Shown here in pieces: positions 44,318 to 53,728 of a DNA stretch of 64,000 bases. The position numbers and the translations under genes were made by a program. The stretch's first letter is position 1, and each line of letters opens with the position of its first letter. The notes under the pieces were generated by a model. It worked only from the letters and a program-made list of their open reading frames with translations, was not told the origin of the DNA and did no database searches. This stretch comes from an archaeon (GTDB taxonomy: Archaea > Iainarchaeota > Iainarchaeia > Iainarchaeales > JAAZKV01). The stretch is from the NCBI GenBank assembly GCA_041650735.1, contig JBAZKP010000003.1, positions 25,823 through 89,822 of the forward strand, in the 5' to 3' direction.

Positions 44318-47300
44318 TTATCTGCTTGCTATGCAAGTACTTTCTTTTGCATCTATTGTCCCTTTCATTTCTTGTCTTAATCCAGTATTATTCCAGTAAT
44401 AATCTCCGCCTATTACACATACTTTTTCTTCTCTTACCAAATCAAGTACATTCTTCAATGTCTTTATTCCTGCTCCTGTTGTGCTTACTTGTATTAGGCT
44501 TCCGTTTCCGTAAGTGCTTTCAAAGCTTGCTGTGTCTTTTGCCCCTGTTACTTTCACAATTGTTGATGTGTCTTGTGGTGCGAAGAATGAACCGTAGAAT
44601 GATGCTGTTCCTGACACTGTAGCCATTGACCAACCTAATCCGTATCCATCATATCCTGTCATTATTCCGCTTGCTTTTGAATCAGGTGTATTATAGTAAG
44701 CGCTCATTGGTGATCCATCAAAGGTTACGCATCCTTGTCCTATTCCTGTCCATGAAATAAATGAGCTTCCTGTTTCCTGTGGCTGTCCATTTACCTCTGC
44801 TGAATAGAATACAAATGCATCCGTGCTTGTATCCCTTGTAATATTTAGTATCAATGGCACCGCTACGCTTGGTGTTATAACGAAATCAACATCGTCTCCT
44901 ACTCTTGATATGCTTAATACATTTCCTCTTGTTGGGGAGCTGTTCAGCTGGTTGAATGCTTGTGTTCCTTTTATCACTGAAACACTTACATTTGTTACTG
45001 CATTGCTTCTTGCATTCGGCTGTGCTATTACATTTGAGTGCCCATCAACAGCTATTACGAACAAATCCTCTGTTTTTTGTATATAACCAGCACCATAACC
45101 GTTTCTTCCATCCTCAGAACTCATTCCAACTACCCCATCAAATGCAACATTATATATAGGGTAGAATGGATCCGGTTCTCCTTGTGGAGCCAAATCAACT
45201 ATAATGCTTTCAATATTATTATTGTCCCACTGCCATGAGCTGTTTGCGAACTTAATTGTTATTGTTGCATCATACTTGCCTGGTTCCCAAGCAGTTGGTT
45301 TTGTTGGCCAAGTAACCTTGAACTTGTCACTCAAGAACAAATCCTCTATTCCTTGTTGTTTGTATTCTACTGGTGCTGCTGCTATTTCGCCCAGGAATGC
45401 ATCAAAATCATTCTTGAAATCTGCACTGAAACCGTCTCTCACTAAATTTGTTTTGAATGAAATTGCTTCTAATGCAGCTTTTCCTTCTTCAGTGTCAAGT
45501 AAATTGTTTGCTGCTAAAACTTTTTCGAAGTAATCTCTATTAGTTTTGTATTCTCTGCAAGCTGCTGCTCCGCTTGAGCCAAGCACTAGAGCTGTTTTTA
45601 TTGTGTCATTAATTGTCAAATTGTTTTCGCATCCTTTGCATAGAGTTGGTTCCATTGTAATATCAACATTAAATGTTCCTGTGCCTACTTTATTAGTATC
45701 AACATTACATGTGTACTTTGTCCCGCTTGTAAATGATTTTGTTTCAGGTGCGCACACATTCACTACCTCAGTGCCATCCTGTCTAGTGAACTTGTAAGTT
45801 AGTTTAGCGCTCATTTCAATGTTATTATTTGTTTCAACTGTTGTTTCCAGTGATGCTCCGTTTGTAGCTGGTTTTGCTACAATACTTGTTATTCCTACAT
45901 CAAGTGAATTCTCACTCAATTTCTGTGTTTTTGTTCCAACTATATCTATTGCTGTTGGGCAAGTAGACAAGTTATGTGTTTTGAAGAATTCCTGCAAGTA
46001 CATTACTTTCTTCAGTGTTGAGATTGAGAATTGTGTTGAATCACAATAAATATAGTTCGCATTATTCTCTGAATCACATTCTTGTATATCTATTTCATCC
46101 CAGTTCCAAGCTAGTTTTATTTTTGGTACAGCCTCTGTTCCTGTTACTCCTTTCTTCCCATCCACATCACAATTGCTTATTTCTTTTACTTGGCAAGGGT
46201 AAGTGTTTGGCCCACAGTCAACGTATTCGTATGCATCAAACAATAAGTGGAATTTCTTTACATAAGCCCTTAGCTCTTTTACCACTAAATCATTGCTGTC
46301 AATAGCTGCTATTTCTTCATTGCTTGCTCCTGGTGGGGAGAACAAATCTTTTATTGAACCCCATATTCCGCCTTCGCTTTCTTTCTCTAATTCTTCTCCT
46401 CTTTCAATTGCTTTTTGTTTTACGTATTCATAATTGTAGTCTGTTTCGTAAACTTTTTCTTCCCCAGTTACTGTTAATAATCCTACAAATGGCTGGTATA
46501 TTGTTTTGTTCTTTACTTGTCCAGGGTTAGAGAATTCTAATTCTCTTACCTCTACTTGTCCCATTGTTGCACTTAAAGCCTGTGGATTGTATAATACATT
46601 TCCTGTATATTGTGAATTATTTGTTGTATTCGTGTTATCATTATTAGCTGTGTTGTCAGTAGCTGTATTATCAGTTGTATTACTTGTTCCTGTTGATTGC
46701 ATTCCATAATAATTATCATAATCGTAACTTACTTCTCCTACCACCATTTGTACTCCATCAGGACTCTCTAATGCAACATCCTTTATTTCTACTAAAGGCA
46801 CTGCGAATGTATCAGAGTAATCTATTTCAGTGTTCTGTGCATTCAGCCACTCCCAAAAGAAAGTAGTTGCTGCTCCTGCTAATGCTCCTCCCCACCAAGA
46901 ATTAGCCATCATTCCAGCACCAAAGCCCATACCGCCCTGCATTAATGCATTCATAGCAGTACTATAATTATCTGAACCCCTATTCTTGTTAATCGTGCTA
47001 GTACTTGAAGCTAGGATGAAACTAGCAGTGCCCGCACTATTTTCTGAAGAAGTCATGTAATAAGACAATGGCTTGTTCGTGTTTGAATTTGTCCATACTC
47101 CTCCTGAACTAGTAAAGGGCATTACACCACTTGGGGTCTCGATTATAGCCATTTGATTATTAGATTTTGGAGATAATCCTACAGCAAATAAATCTGGATT
47201 ATTATCTATTGAAGTAGAGAACAATCTCCAAGGATCAAATTTCCCACAATTAGGATCATATTTTGCACAATTATACTCTCCTGTTTTTAGATCCTTATCA

Positions 47301-50300
47301 AATTTTAAACTGCCAAGAGTCAAAACACCATTCGCATTAGTGGCTTGAGTATCCATCTCTTGTAATTTTGTAGTCGCTGCATCTTTTGTCAAACCTTGAG
47401 GAGCAGATTTTGTCCCAATACCAGCAGATGCTAAATCCCCATCCCTGCCATCAATAGCAGCATTAATCAACAAAGGTCGAACTGATGCCATTACTTGCTG
47501 ATTAGTAACAGCTTCTTGTTTTATTTCTTGTTTAGAACTATCCGCAGTAGATTTAATTTCTGCTTTTGCAACTTCAATCTCTTTAGGAGTAGCTTTTTCT
47601 TGAGCTGCAACAACATCTACTTGCTTTAAAGCATCTTGTTCGGCAGCATCAATAGAATCCATATCGCTGGTTTCATCATATTCTTCATCAAATTCATCAG
47701 AAGAGTCAATAGCAGCTTGTTTTGACTTATCTTGTTCATCTGCCGGAGCAGCAACTGCATCTTTCACTTTCGCATCAACTTCGTCTTTTTTTGATTTAAA
47801 TAAAGACTTAATTTTATCAACTGCCTTGTCCTTAACATCAACAATATCAGATTTTTTTGAGTCCACATATCTCTTCAAAGCAGCTGTATACCCACCGCAA
47901 TCAGGAGCTTTAATTACAGAAAGTTTGCTCTCATCAAAAGCAGCAGTTATCTTACCAGATAATTCATTAACGAGGGCTGCTGATTTATTTCCCGTACCTA
48001 TCTTTTTAGCAGTTAAATCAGAATTAAGCTTATCAGCCTTAGCATAATGTTCTTTTTCAAGCTGTTCAGCACCCATTTCCCCTGCAGCTAATTTAGTCTT
48101 AATGTCATCAAATTCTTTGTCAAGATCAGCATTAATTTTATCACATTCGGATTTTAACTCAGTTTTCAAATTATCAAATTTGCTAGAGTACTCAGTAATT
48201 AACTTGCCAAGACTATCAATTGATGCAGTCAAATCTGTTTTTCTTTTCTGAAGCTCAGCTATATACTTATTATATTTGCCAACACAACCCGGATCATCTT
48301 TAACATTCTTACTGGTTAATTTTTCTTGCGCGGTACTAATGTTTTTTTCATTTTCTTTTAAAAGCGATTCCACCCTATCTTTCTGAACATTTATTTTATT
48401 TATTGCCTCTGTTTTTAACTTGTCCACAGTAATCATTCCAGTTCCACAATCAGTAGAAACATTTCTTTTTGCATTTAATTTTACCTTTTCATTTTGTTTG
48501 TCAAGATTTTTTTCGCCATTGTTCTTTGTCCACCCATATTTGCTATCGCTTGCCGGTTGTTTTATGTACCCCCCTATTCCGCCTGTGATTGCGCCCATTA
48601 GTGCCATTTTCCATAGTCTTGAGTTGTCATATGGTATTTCTCCTGTTACTTGGGCGCTTGTTGTTTTTTGTACGCAATTATTTTTTAAGTATCCTCTGTC
48701 TGTTCCATCGAATTCATTGAATTGTGAGTCATATACATCATATTCATATCTTGAGAGAGTAAAGCAGCTTGACGCATCCTCTATTATTACTTTTACATTT
48801 CCAATTAGTTCAAGTGTGGTTCCTTTTTGTCTTCCGTATACTAGTAAGTTGTATGCTCCTGGTGTTTGTCCTTCTGATGCTGTTACTGTTACATCTTTGT
48901 TTTCTCCTGCATTTAGTGAGAATGTTTTGTTTGATATTGCTCCTTGCAAATCCCCTGTATCTATTTGGAAGTCTGCTTTTGTTTTGCATGAATTTGTTAT
49001 TGAGAAACTCCCTGTTCCTGGTGCTGATATTGTAATTAAATCAGCTCCTAGTACTATGCAGTCTTGTAAGTTTTCGTAAATTATATTGTATTTCATTTCT
49101 GCTGTGAGGGTTTGGCTTTTTGAATCTGTTTGGTTTTGTGCTTCAAATATTATTGAGCCGGTTGCTGTTCCGCTTGAGCCTGCTGCCGGAGCGAATTTTA
49201 TTGTTACTGGTACTTTTTCGCCTGGGTTTAGGATTGTTTTGAATACTCTTGCATATGCTGTCCCTAATTCTACTTGCACTGTTTTTGATTGTGCATTAAA
49301 TGTTCCGCCTATTGTTCCTGTTGAGCTTATTGTTGCTCCCAGGTTCTTCAAGGATACTGGTTTTCCTTCTACTATACAATTATTTTTTATTTCAAAGCTT
49401 GTTTCTATTTGGTTTCCTCTTGTTACTGCTTCCCAGTTTGTTTGTGTTATTTCTAAGCACGATGGATTGTCAACATCTTTTCCTAATCCTACTCTGATTT
49501 TTGCTTCTATTTCTTTTGTCCATTCTTTTCCTTCTGCCCCAACAGTTATTTCGAATTTCCCTTCAAGGTCTTCTGCTGTTGGCACTATTGTTGCTGATAT
49601 TACTTTGAAATCAAATTCTTCGTAATCCTGTGATTTTATTTTTGTTCCTATGTAATTGTTGAACCAGGACTCTATTTGTGCTTCATTGAGCACTCCTTTT
49701 AGTTTCCCTGTCAATTTGATTGATATTATTGCTAAATCTAATCCTGTTTTGTTTTCTATTTTAACTGTTTTTATGTCCTGTAATTTTGTCTGTGGATTAA
49801 CTGTGAATGCTAATGATTCAGGGGTAACATCTATTACATCTTCAGCAATATTGAATTCTTTTACAAGTGTTTCGTATTCAGGTTTTTCTATTTGTAACTT
49901 TAATTTCTCTCCTGGGAATGATGCTGGTATGCTTAGTGTTGCTAATCCTAATTTGTTTGTTGTTTTTTCAAGTAGTTTTGTTCCGAATCTGTCATAGATT
50001 TTTACTATTGCTCCTTCTACCTCTATTCCTGTTGCTGTGTTGAATACTTTTACTGTGAGTGATTCTGGTTTTCCTGAAACGATTTTTGGCATATCATCAG
50101 TGAACTCAGTTCCTTTCATGAATTTTACATTCATTTTCTTGTCTGAACCAACATTTACTGTGAATGATTTTTCAAATACAAGTGAATTGTCTTCCCTTAT
50201 TCTTAGTTTTATTGTCCCTGTTCCTGTTTTTTGCGGAGTTACATCTACTGAAACGATATCTATTGAGGAATTTTTAACAAATCCTGGTGTATCTATCCAT

Positions 50301-52939
50301 TCTGTTTTGTAAGCATTTACTGTTCCTTGTACTGGAGCATATTTTGGAGTTAGGATTGAGTATGTTCCTAAGTAAAGGTTTTCTTCAGGGTTTTCCAATA
50401 GTGTTTTTGCCCTGTCAAATCCTATCATAGAGTTATTCATTACTTTTATTGATACTCCGTATTTTGAATTATTTTTTGCTTCAAATGAATCAACAAATGT
50501 TTGAGTAAAATTCTCAGGGTCAGTGTAGGTTGAGGTTATGCAAAAGGATTTTTCTTCTGTAGGGCTCTCGCATAGTGTTTCTGTTCCCACTGACACGTAT
50601 GCTTCTTTTGTTGAAGCATATAGTTCCTGTTTTACGCTTGAGCTCTGGTTTGTGCCTAGCTCATTATCAACTAAATCTCTTTCGTATTCTCCGTCAATTG
50701 CCCCCCATGCCCTGTATCCTATATCAATTCTTTCTTCTGTTTGTGCTGTCGGCCTAATCTTTACTTTTACTCCCACAATTATTTTTCCAGGCACATAAGA
50801 TTCACTTAGCCATCTTACTTCTGCCCATTTGCTTTCTTCAAGATTAAGGTATTTTTCATCAGTAGAATATCCTTTTGGCTTGTTATATGTTGCTCCTGTT
50901 GTAACCATTTTTTTTGCTGGAGCAATTACATCTTTGATAAATATTTTGTCTAGTTCTGTTTTTATGACATTATCTTTTCCCATTCTTACAAAGAATCCTA
51001 ATTCATCATAGCTTTTTGGGGAAATTACTTCAAATAATGCATCATATTCTTGTCCTGATTCTACTTTTAGTGCTCTTGCTTCATTTTTGTACAATCCGAG
51101 GAAATTAATTTTTAATTCATCTGCCGGAGGTTTTGACAAATTTATTTCAAAGTTTATTGTTCCTGCTCCGATTGTTTGTTTTGGTATTGTGGTGTAGCTT
51201 TCATATCCTTCTTTTTTTATTACTGCATAAACTTTTTTATCAGACTTGATGTTGAATTCGATTGTTCCGTCAAGGTTTTCAACCATTTTTTTTCCGCTTG
51301 CAGGATTACTTACTTTTCCTTGAGGAATGTATTCATCAAATAATTGTACTTCAGCGAATTGTATTGGCAGGTTATCAATGTCTTTTACTGTTACCTTTAC
51401 TGTTCCTAATGGTATTTCTAATGACACAATGAATGGCTCTACCGCTGTTTTTGCATTGAATTCTTTTGCTTCACTCCATCCTGAGTAAGTTGCTTTGAAT
51501 GCAAATACTTTGTATGTTTCCCCTGTTTTCGAGTTGCTTATTGGGTTCCATTCAACGTATCCGTTAAAATCAGTTAATTTTTCCTGGTAAGCTAATTTGT
51601 ATTCATCTTCATCCTTGCTTCCGAATAATGCTACTTTTGCGTATGCAACTGGTTTTCCATCCTGGTCCATTACTCTTGCTTTTAATTTGTTTCCGCATTG
51701 CCCAATATCTCTTACCATATTTAGTATTACTGAATCCCCTATGTTTGCATCTTTGCTTGCGTCACAATAACCTTCTTTTGTTGCCATTACTAAGTATGAG
51801 CCTTCTTCTGCTATCTCAAATAATACTTCTCCTGTTCCGTTTGTATCGCGGTTTATTACTTCAACGTAGGTATCCCCCACTTTTTTGCTTAGTGTTACAT
51901 ATGCATCTTCTGCTTCAGCCGATCCTTGGTATACTTGTGCTTTAATGTATCCTATAAAATTTTTCTCCATTGCTATGTCAATTGTTTTTTGCCCTTCTGC
52001 TTTTGTGATTGAAGTTATTACTGTTTCTTTTTGTTTGTATCCTTGTTCTTGCCTTACTCTGAATTTGTAATCTCCTTCAGCTAAATCAAATGTTGCTTGC
52101 CCATTGCTTGCTTGTTTTGTATCAGTAGGAATGTAAGTATTTTCTGAGGTAAATGCTTGTACTGTTACCGGTTCTGTTATTAGTATTCCGTTTAGTTTCA
52201 AATTTATTGTTACTTTAACAATTTCTTTTGGTTCTTTTGAAGATAATGTAAATGTGCTTGCTGGCGCTGTTAGTGTGAATGATTTTGTTTCATATTTTGG
52301 TGAGCTTACTGTTACTGTGAGTGTTCCGCATTCTTCTGTGTAGGAAACATTTGTTGTTCCGTTGTATATTGTTTCTTCTTGTGGTGCTTCTGAACCTGAA
52401 GAGCATCTATAGGACAGAGTCATTTCTCCTGTTGCTGTTTCTCCGGTTCCTGTTTCAAATCTAATTGATTTTTGGGAAATAAAGTGCGCTGAAATAGGGA
52501 GGATTATTTCTTCTACTTTTGAAAATTCATCAATGAACACTGGTACTGTTGTTTGTTTGTCTCCTTTTTGTGCGGTCACTTCAATAGTTGTATTGAAGGG
52601 CACTGTTACTGCTTCAACTAAACCAAATTCGTTTGAAATTAATTCTCTGTCAATTCCTTGTACTATTACTTTTGCTTCGCTTACTGCTCCGCCCTCCGAA
52701 TCAACTATGCTTAGTTTTAGTGTTGCTTGTGATTGTGTAACAATTCCAAAGAGCCCTGTTATTGTGAGTAAAAGGATAAGAAAAATTATTATTAAAAATA
52801 GCGCAAAACTTGGTATTACATTATCAATTGGGTCAATTATTTTATATACTGGAAGGTGTTCATCTGCTTTATCCAAGAAAGAGTACCATTTCTCTTCCCC
52901 TAGGTAGTAAATATCCTTCAGCTTTTCCCCAATACCCAT
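44318..52939 (-). CDS. Giant membrane-anchored surface protein, paralogue 2 (2873 aa)
   Basis: An 8.6-kb ORF with the same N-terminal motif ('KDIYYLGEEKWYSFLD...IPSF'), TM segment, beta-sandwich repeats and conserved C-terminal modules as paralogue 1. The central ~535-aa module carries a long coiled-coil and acidic region. Confidence 0.9.
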   Translation of the reverse strand: MGIGEKLKDIYYLGEEKWYSFLDKADEHLPVYKIIDPIDNVIPSFALFLIIIFLILLLTITGLFGIVTQSQATLKLSIVDSEGGAVSEAKVIVQGIDRELISNEFGLVEAVTVPFNTTIEVTAQKGDKQTTVPVFIDEFSKVEEIILPISAHFISQKSIRFETGTGETATGEMTLSYRCSSGSEAPQEETIYNGTTNVSYTEECGTLTVTVSSPKYETKSFTLTAPASTFTLSSKEPKEIVKVTINLKLNGILITEPVTVQAFTSENTYIPTDTKQASNGQATFDLAEGDYKFRVRQEQGYKQKETVITSITKAEGQKTIDIAMEKNFIGYIKAQVYQGSAEAEDAYVTLSKKVGDTYVEVINRDTNGTGEVLFEIAEEGSYLVMATKEGYCDASKDANIGDSVILNMVRDIGQCGNKLKARVMDQDGKPVAYAKVALFGSKDEDEYKLAYQEKLTDFNGYVEWNPISNSKTGETYKVFAFKATYSGWSEAKEFNAKTAVEPFIVSLEIPLGTVKVTVKDIDNLPIQFAEVQLFDEYIPQGKVSNPASGKKMVENLDGTIEFNIKSDKKVYAVIKKEGYESYTTIPKQTIGAGTINFEINLSKPPADELKINFLGLYKNEARALKVESGQEYDALFEVISPKSYDELGFFVRMGKDNVIKTELDKIFIKDVIAPAKKMVTTGATYNKPKGYSTDEKYLNLEESKWAEVRWLSESYVPGKIIVGVKVKIRPTAQTEERIDIGYRAWGAIDGEYERDLVDNELGTNQSSSVKQELYASTKEAYVSVGTETLCESPTEEKSFCITSTYTDPENFTQTFVDSFEAKNNSKYGVSIKVMNNSMIGFDRAKTLLENPEENLYLGTYSILTPKYAPVQGTVNAYKTEWIDTPGFVKNSSIDIVSVDVTPQKTGTGTIKLRIREDNSLVFEKSFTVNVGSDKKMNVKFMKGTEFTDDMPKIVSGKPESLTVKVFNTATGIEVEGAIVKIYDRFGTKLLEKTTNKLGLATLSIPASFPGEKLKLQIEKPEYETLVKEFNIAEDVIDVTPESLAFTVNPQTKLQDIKTVKIENKTGLDLAIISIKLTGKLKGVLNEAQIESWFNNYIGTKIKSQDYEEFDFKVISATIVPTAEDLEGKFEITVGAEGKEWTKEIEAKIRVGLGKDVDNPSCLEITQTNWEAVTRGNQIETSFEIKNNCIVEGKPVSLKNLGATISSTGTIGGTFNAQSKTVQVELGTAYARVFKTILNPGEKVPVTIKFAPAAGSSGTATGSIIFEAQNQTDSKSQTLTAEMKYNIIYENLQDCIVLGADLITISAPGTGSFSITNSCKTKADFQIDTGDLQGAISNKTFSLNAGENKDVTVTASEGQTPGAYNLLVYGRQKGTTLELIGNVKVIIEDASSCFTLSRYEYDVYDSQFNEFDGTDRGYLKNNCVQKTTSAQVTGEIPYDNSRLWKMALMGAITGGIGGYIKQPASDSKYGWTKNNGEKNLDKQNEKVKLNAKRNVSTDCGTGMITVDKLKTEAINKINVQKDRVESLLKENEKNISTAQEKLTSKNVKDDPGCVGKYNKYIAELQKRKTDLTASIDSLGKLITEYSSKFDNLKTELKSECDKINADLDKEFDDIKTKLAAGEMGAEQLEKEHYAKADKLNSDLTAKKIGTGNKSAALVNELSGKITAAFDESKLSVIKAPDCGGYTAALKRYVDSKKSDIVDVKDKAVDKIKSLFKSKKDEVDAKVKDAVAAPADEQDKSKQAAIDSSDEFDEEYDETSDMDSIDAAEQDALKQVDVVAAQEKATPKEIEVAKAEIKSTADSSKQEIKQEAVTNQQVMASVRPLLINAAIDGRDGDLASAGIGTKSAPQGLTKDAATTKLQEMDTQATNANGVLTLGSLKFDKDLKTGEYNCAKYDPNCGKFDPWRLFSTSIDNNPDLFAVGLSPKSNNQMAIIETPSGVMPFTSSGGVWTNSNTNKPLSYYMTSSENSAGTASFILASSTSTINKNRGSDNYSTAMNALMQGGMGFGAGMMANSWWGGALAGAATTFFWEWLNAQNTEIDYSDTFAVPLVEIKDVALESPDGVQMVVGEVSYDYDNYYGMQSTGTSNTTDNTATDNTANNDNTNTTNNSQYTGNVLYNPQALSATMGQVEVRELEFSNPGQVKNKTIYQPFVGLLTVTGEEKVYETDYNYEYVKQKAIERGEELEKESEGGIWGSIKDLFSPPGASNEEIAAIDSNDLVVKELRAYVKKFHLLFDAYEYVDCGPNTYPCQVKEISNCDVDGKKGVTGTEAVPKIKLAWNWDEIDIQECDSENNANYIYCDSTQFSISTLKKVMYLQEFFKTHNLSTCPTAIDIVGTKTQKLSENSLDVGITSIVAKPATNGASLETTVETNNNIEMSAKLTYKFTRQDGTEVVNVCAPETKSFTSGTKYTCNVDTNKVGTGTFNVDITMEPTLCKGCENNLTINDTIKTALVLGSSGAAACREYKTNRDYFEKVLAANNLLDTEEGKAALEAISFKTNLVRDGFSADFKNDFDAFLGEIAAAPVEYKQQGIEDLFLSDKFKVTWPTKPTAWEPGKYDATITIKFANSSWQWDNNNIESIIVDLAPQGEPDPFYPIYNVAFDGVVGMSSEDGRNGYGAGYIQKTEDLFVIAVDGHSNVIAQPNARSNAVTNVSVSVIKGTQAFNQLNSSPTRGNVLSISRVGDDVDFVITPSVAVPLILNITRDTSTDAFVFYSAEVNGQPQETGSSFISWTGIGQGCVTFDGSPMSAYYNTPDSKASGIMTGYDGYGLGWSMATVSGTASFYGSFFAPQDTSTIVKVTGAKDTASFESTYGNGSLIQVSTTGAGIKTLKNVLDLVREEKVCVIGGDYYWNNTGLRQEMKGTIDAKESTCIASR

Positions 52940-53029
52940 AAAATCACTGAATTAACTTTTCCACATCACTAAGTGACTATAAAATTAATGCTTTCAACTA
53001 TATAAATACTTTTCCCCTATCCTTTCTGT

Positions 53030-53533
53030 TTATCTTCTCATTACCTTAGAGAAATCATCCAGCATATTGGCAGCATTATTCCCTTGTATTAATTTAAGCC
53101 CCATAAAGTCTTCTTTAGGCCATAACTCAATTATTACCGGCAAAGCATTTTCTATGATAAATGCTATGATAATTGCGATTATAAAAAGGATTAGGATTTG
53201 TTTTAATTCCTTTAAAAAGCTCTTTTTTTTCACAAAATCTTCAAGCAATAAGAAACCTAGTTTTGTTCCGGCATAAGTTGAGATTATTGAAGGAATTATG
53301 TACAGGAATATTGCCGCATTTTTTTCTGCCCCTAATTGTAACCCGAAGAATATGCTTGGAATAAAAGCAAAGTACCCAAAGAAGAGGATTCCCGCAAGGA
53401 AATACCCTATTGTTGTTACAGTGAAAGGTATTTCAGAAAAAAAAGTTGAGGTGGGTATGAAAAAAGAGTATGCAAAGCTGGCAAGCAATACAATTGTACT
53501 CATGAGCACTAGTGCTAATGCTTTTTTATCCAA
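53030..53533 (-). CDS. Polytopic membrane protein (about 5 TM)
   Basis: 167-aa hydrophobic ORF between giant paralogues 3 and 2. No family assigned with confidence. Confidence 0.6.
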   Translation of the reverse strand: MDKKALALVLMSTIVLLASFAYSFFIPTSTFFSEIPFTVTTIGYFLAGILFFGYFAFIPSIFFGLQLGAEKNAAIFLYIIPSIISTYAGTKLGFLLLEDFVKKKSFLKELKQILILFIIAIIIAFIIENALPVIIELWPKEDFMGLKLIQGNNAANMLDDFSKVMRR

Positions 53534-53728
53534 CTAAACACCTTGTTGCTTTTCAGCAAAAATAAAAGAATTATTAATTTTTATGCAGGCCAAAACTTGT
53601 CCAAGCAAAACCTTAGGTTCGTAGCAAAAGCATTGGCTTTTGCGTCGCCCTGCAAACTTTGTTTGCATGGTTGCGGGACCCGTAAAACGTCGCTACATTT
53701 TACTTGGTCCAGGTTTTTGCGTTCAAAT

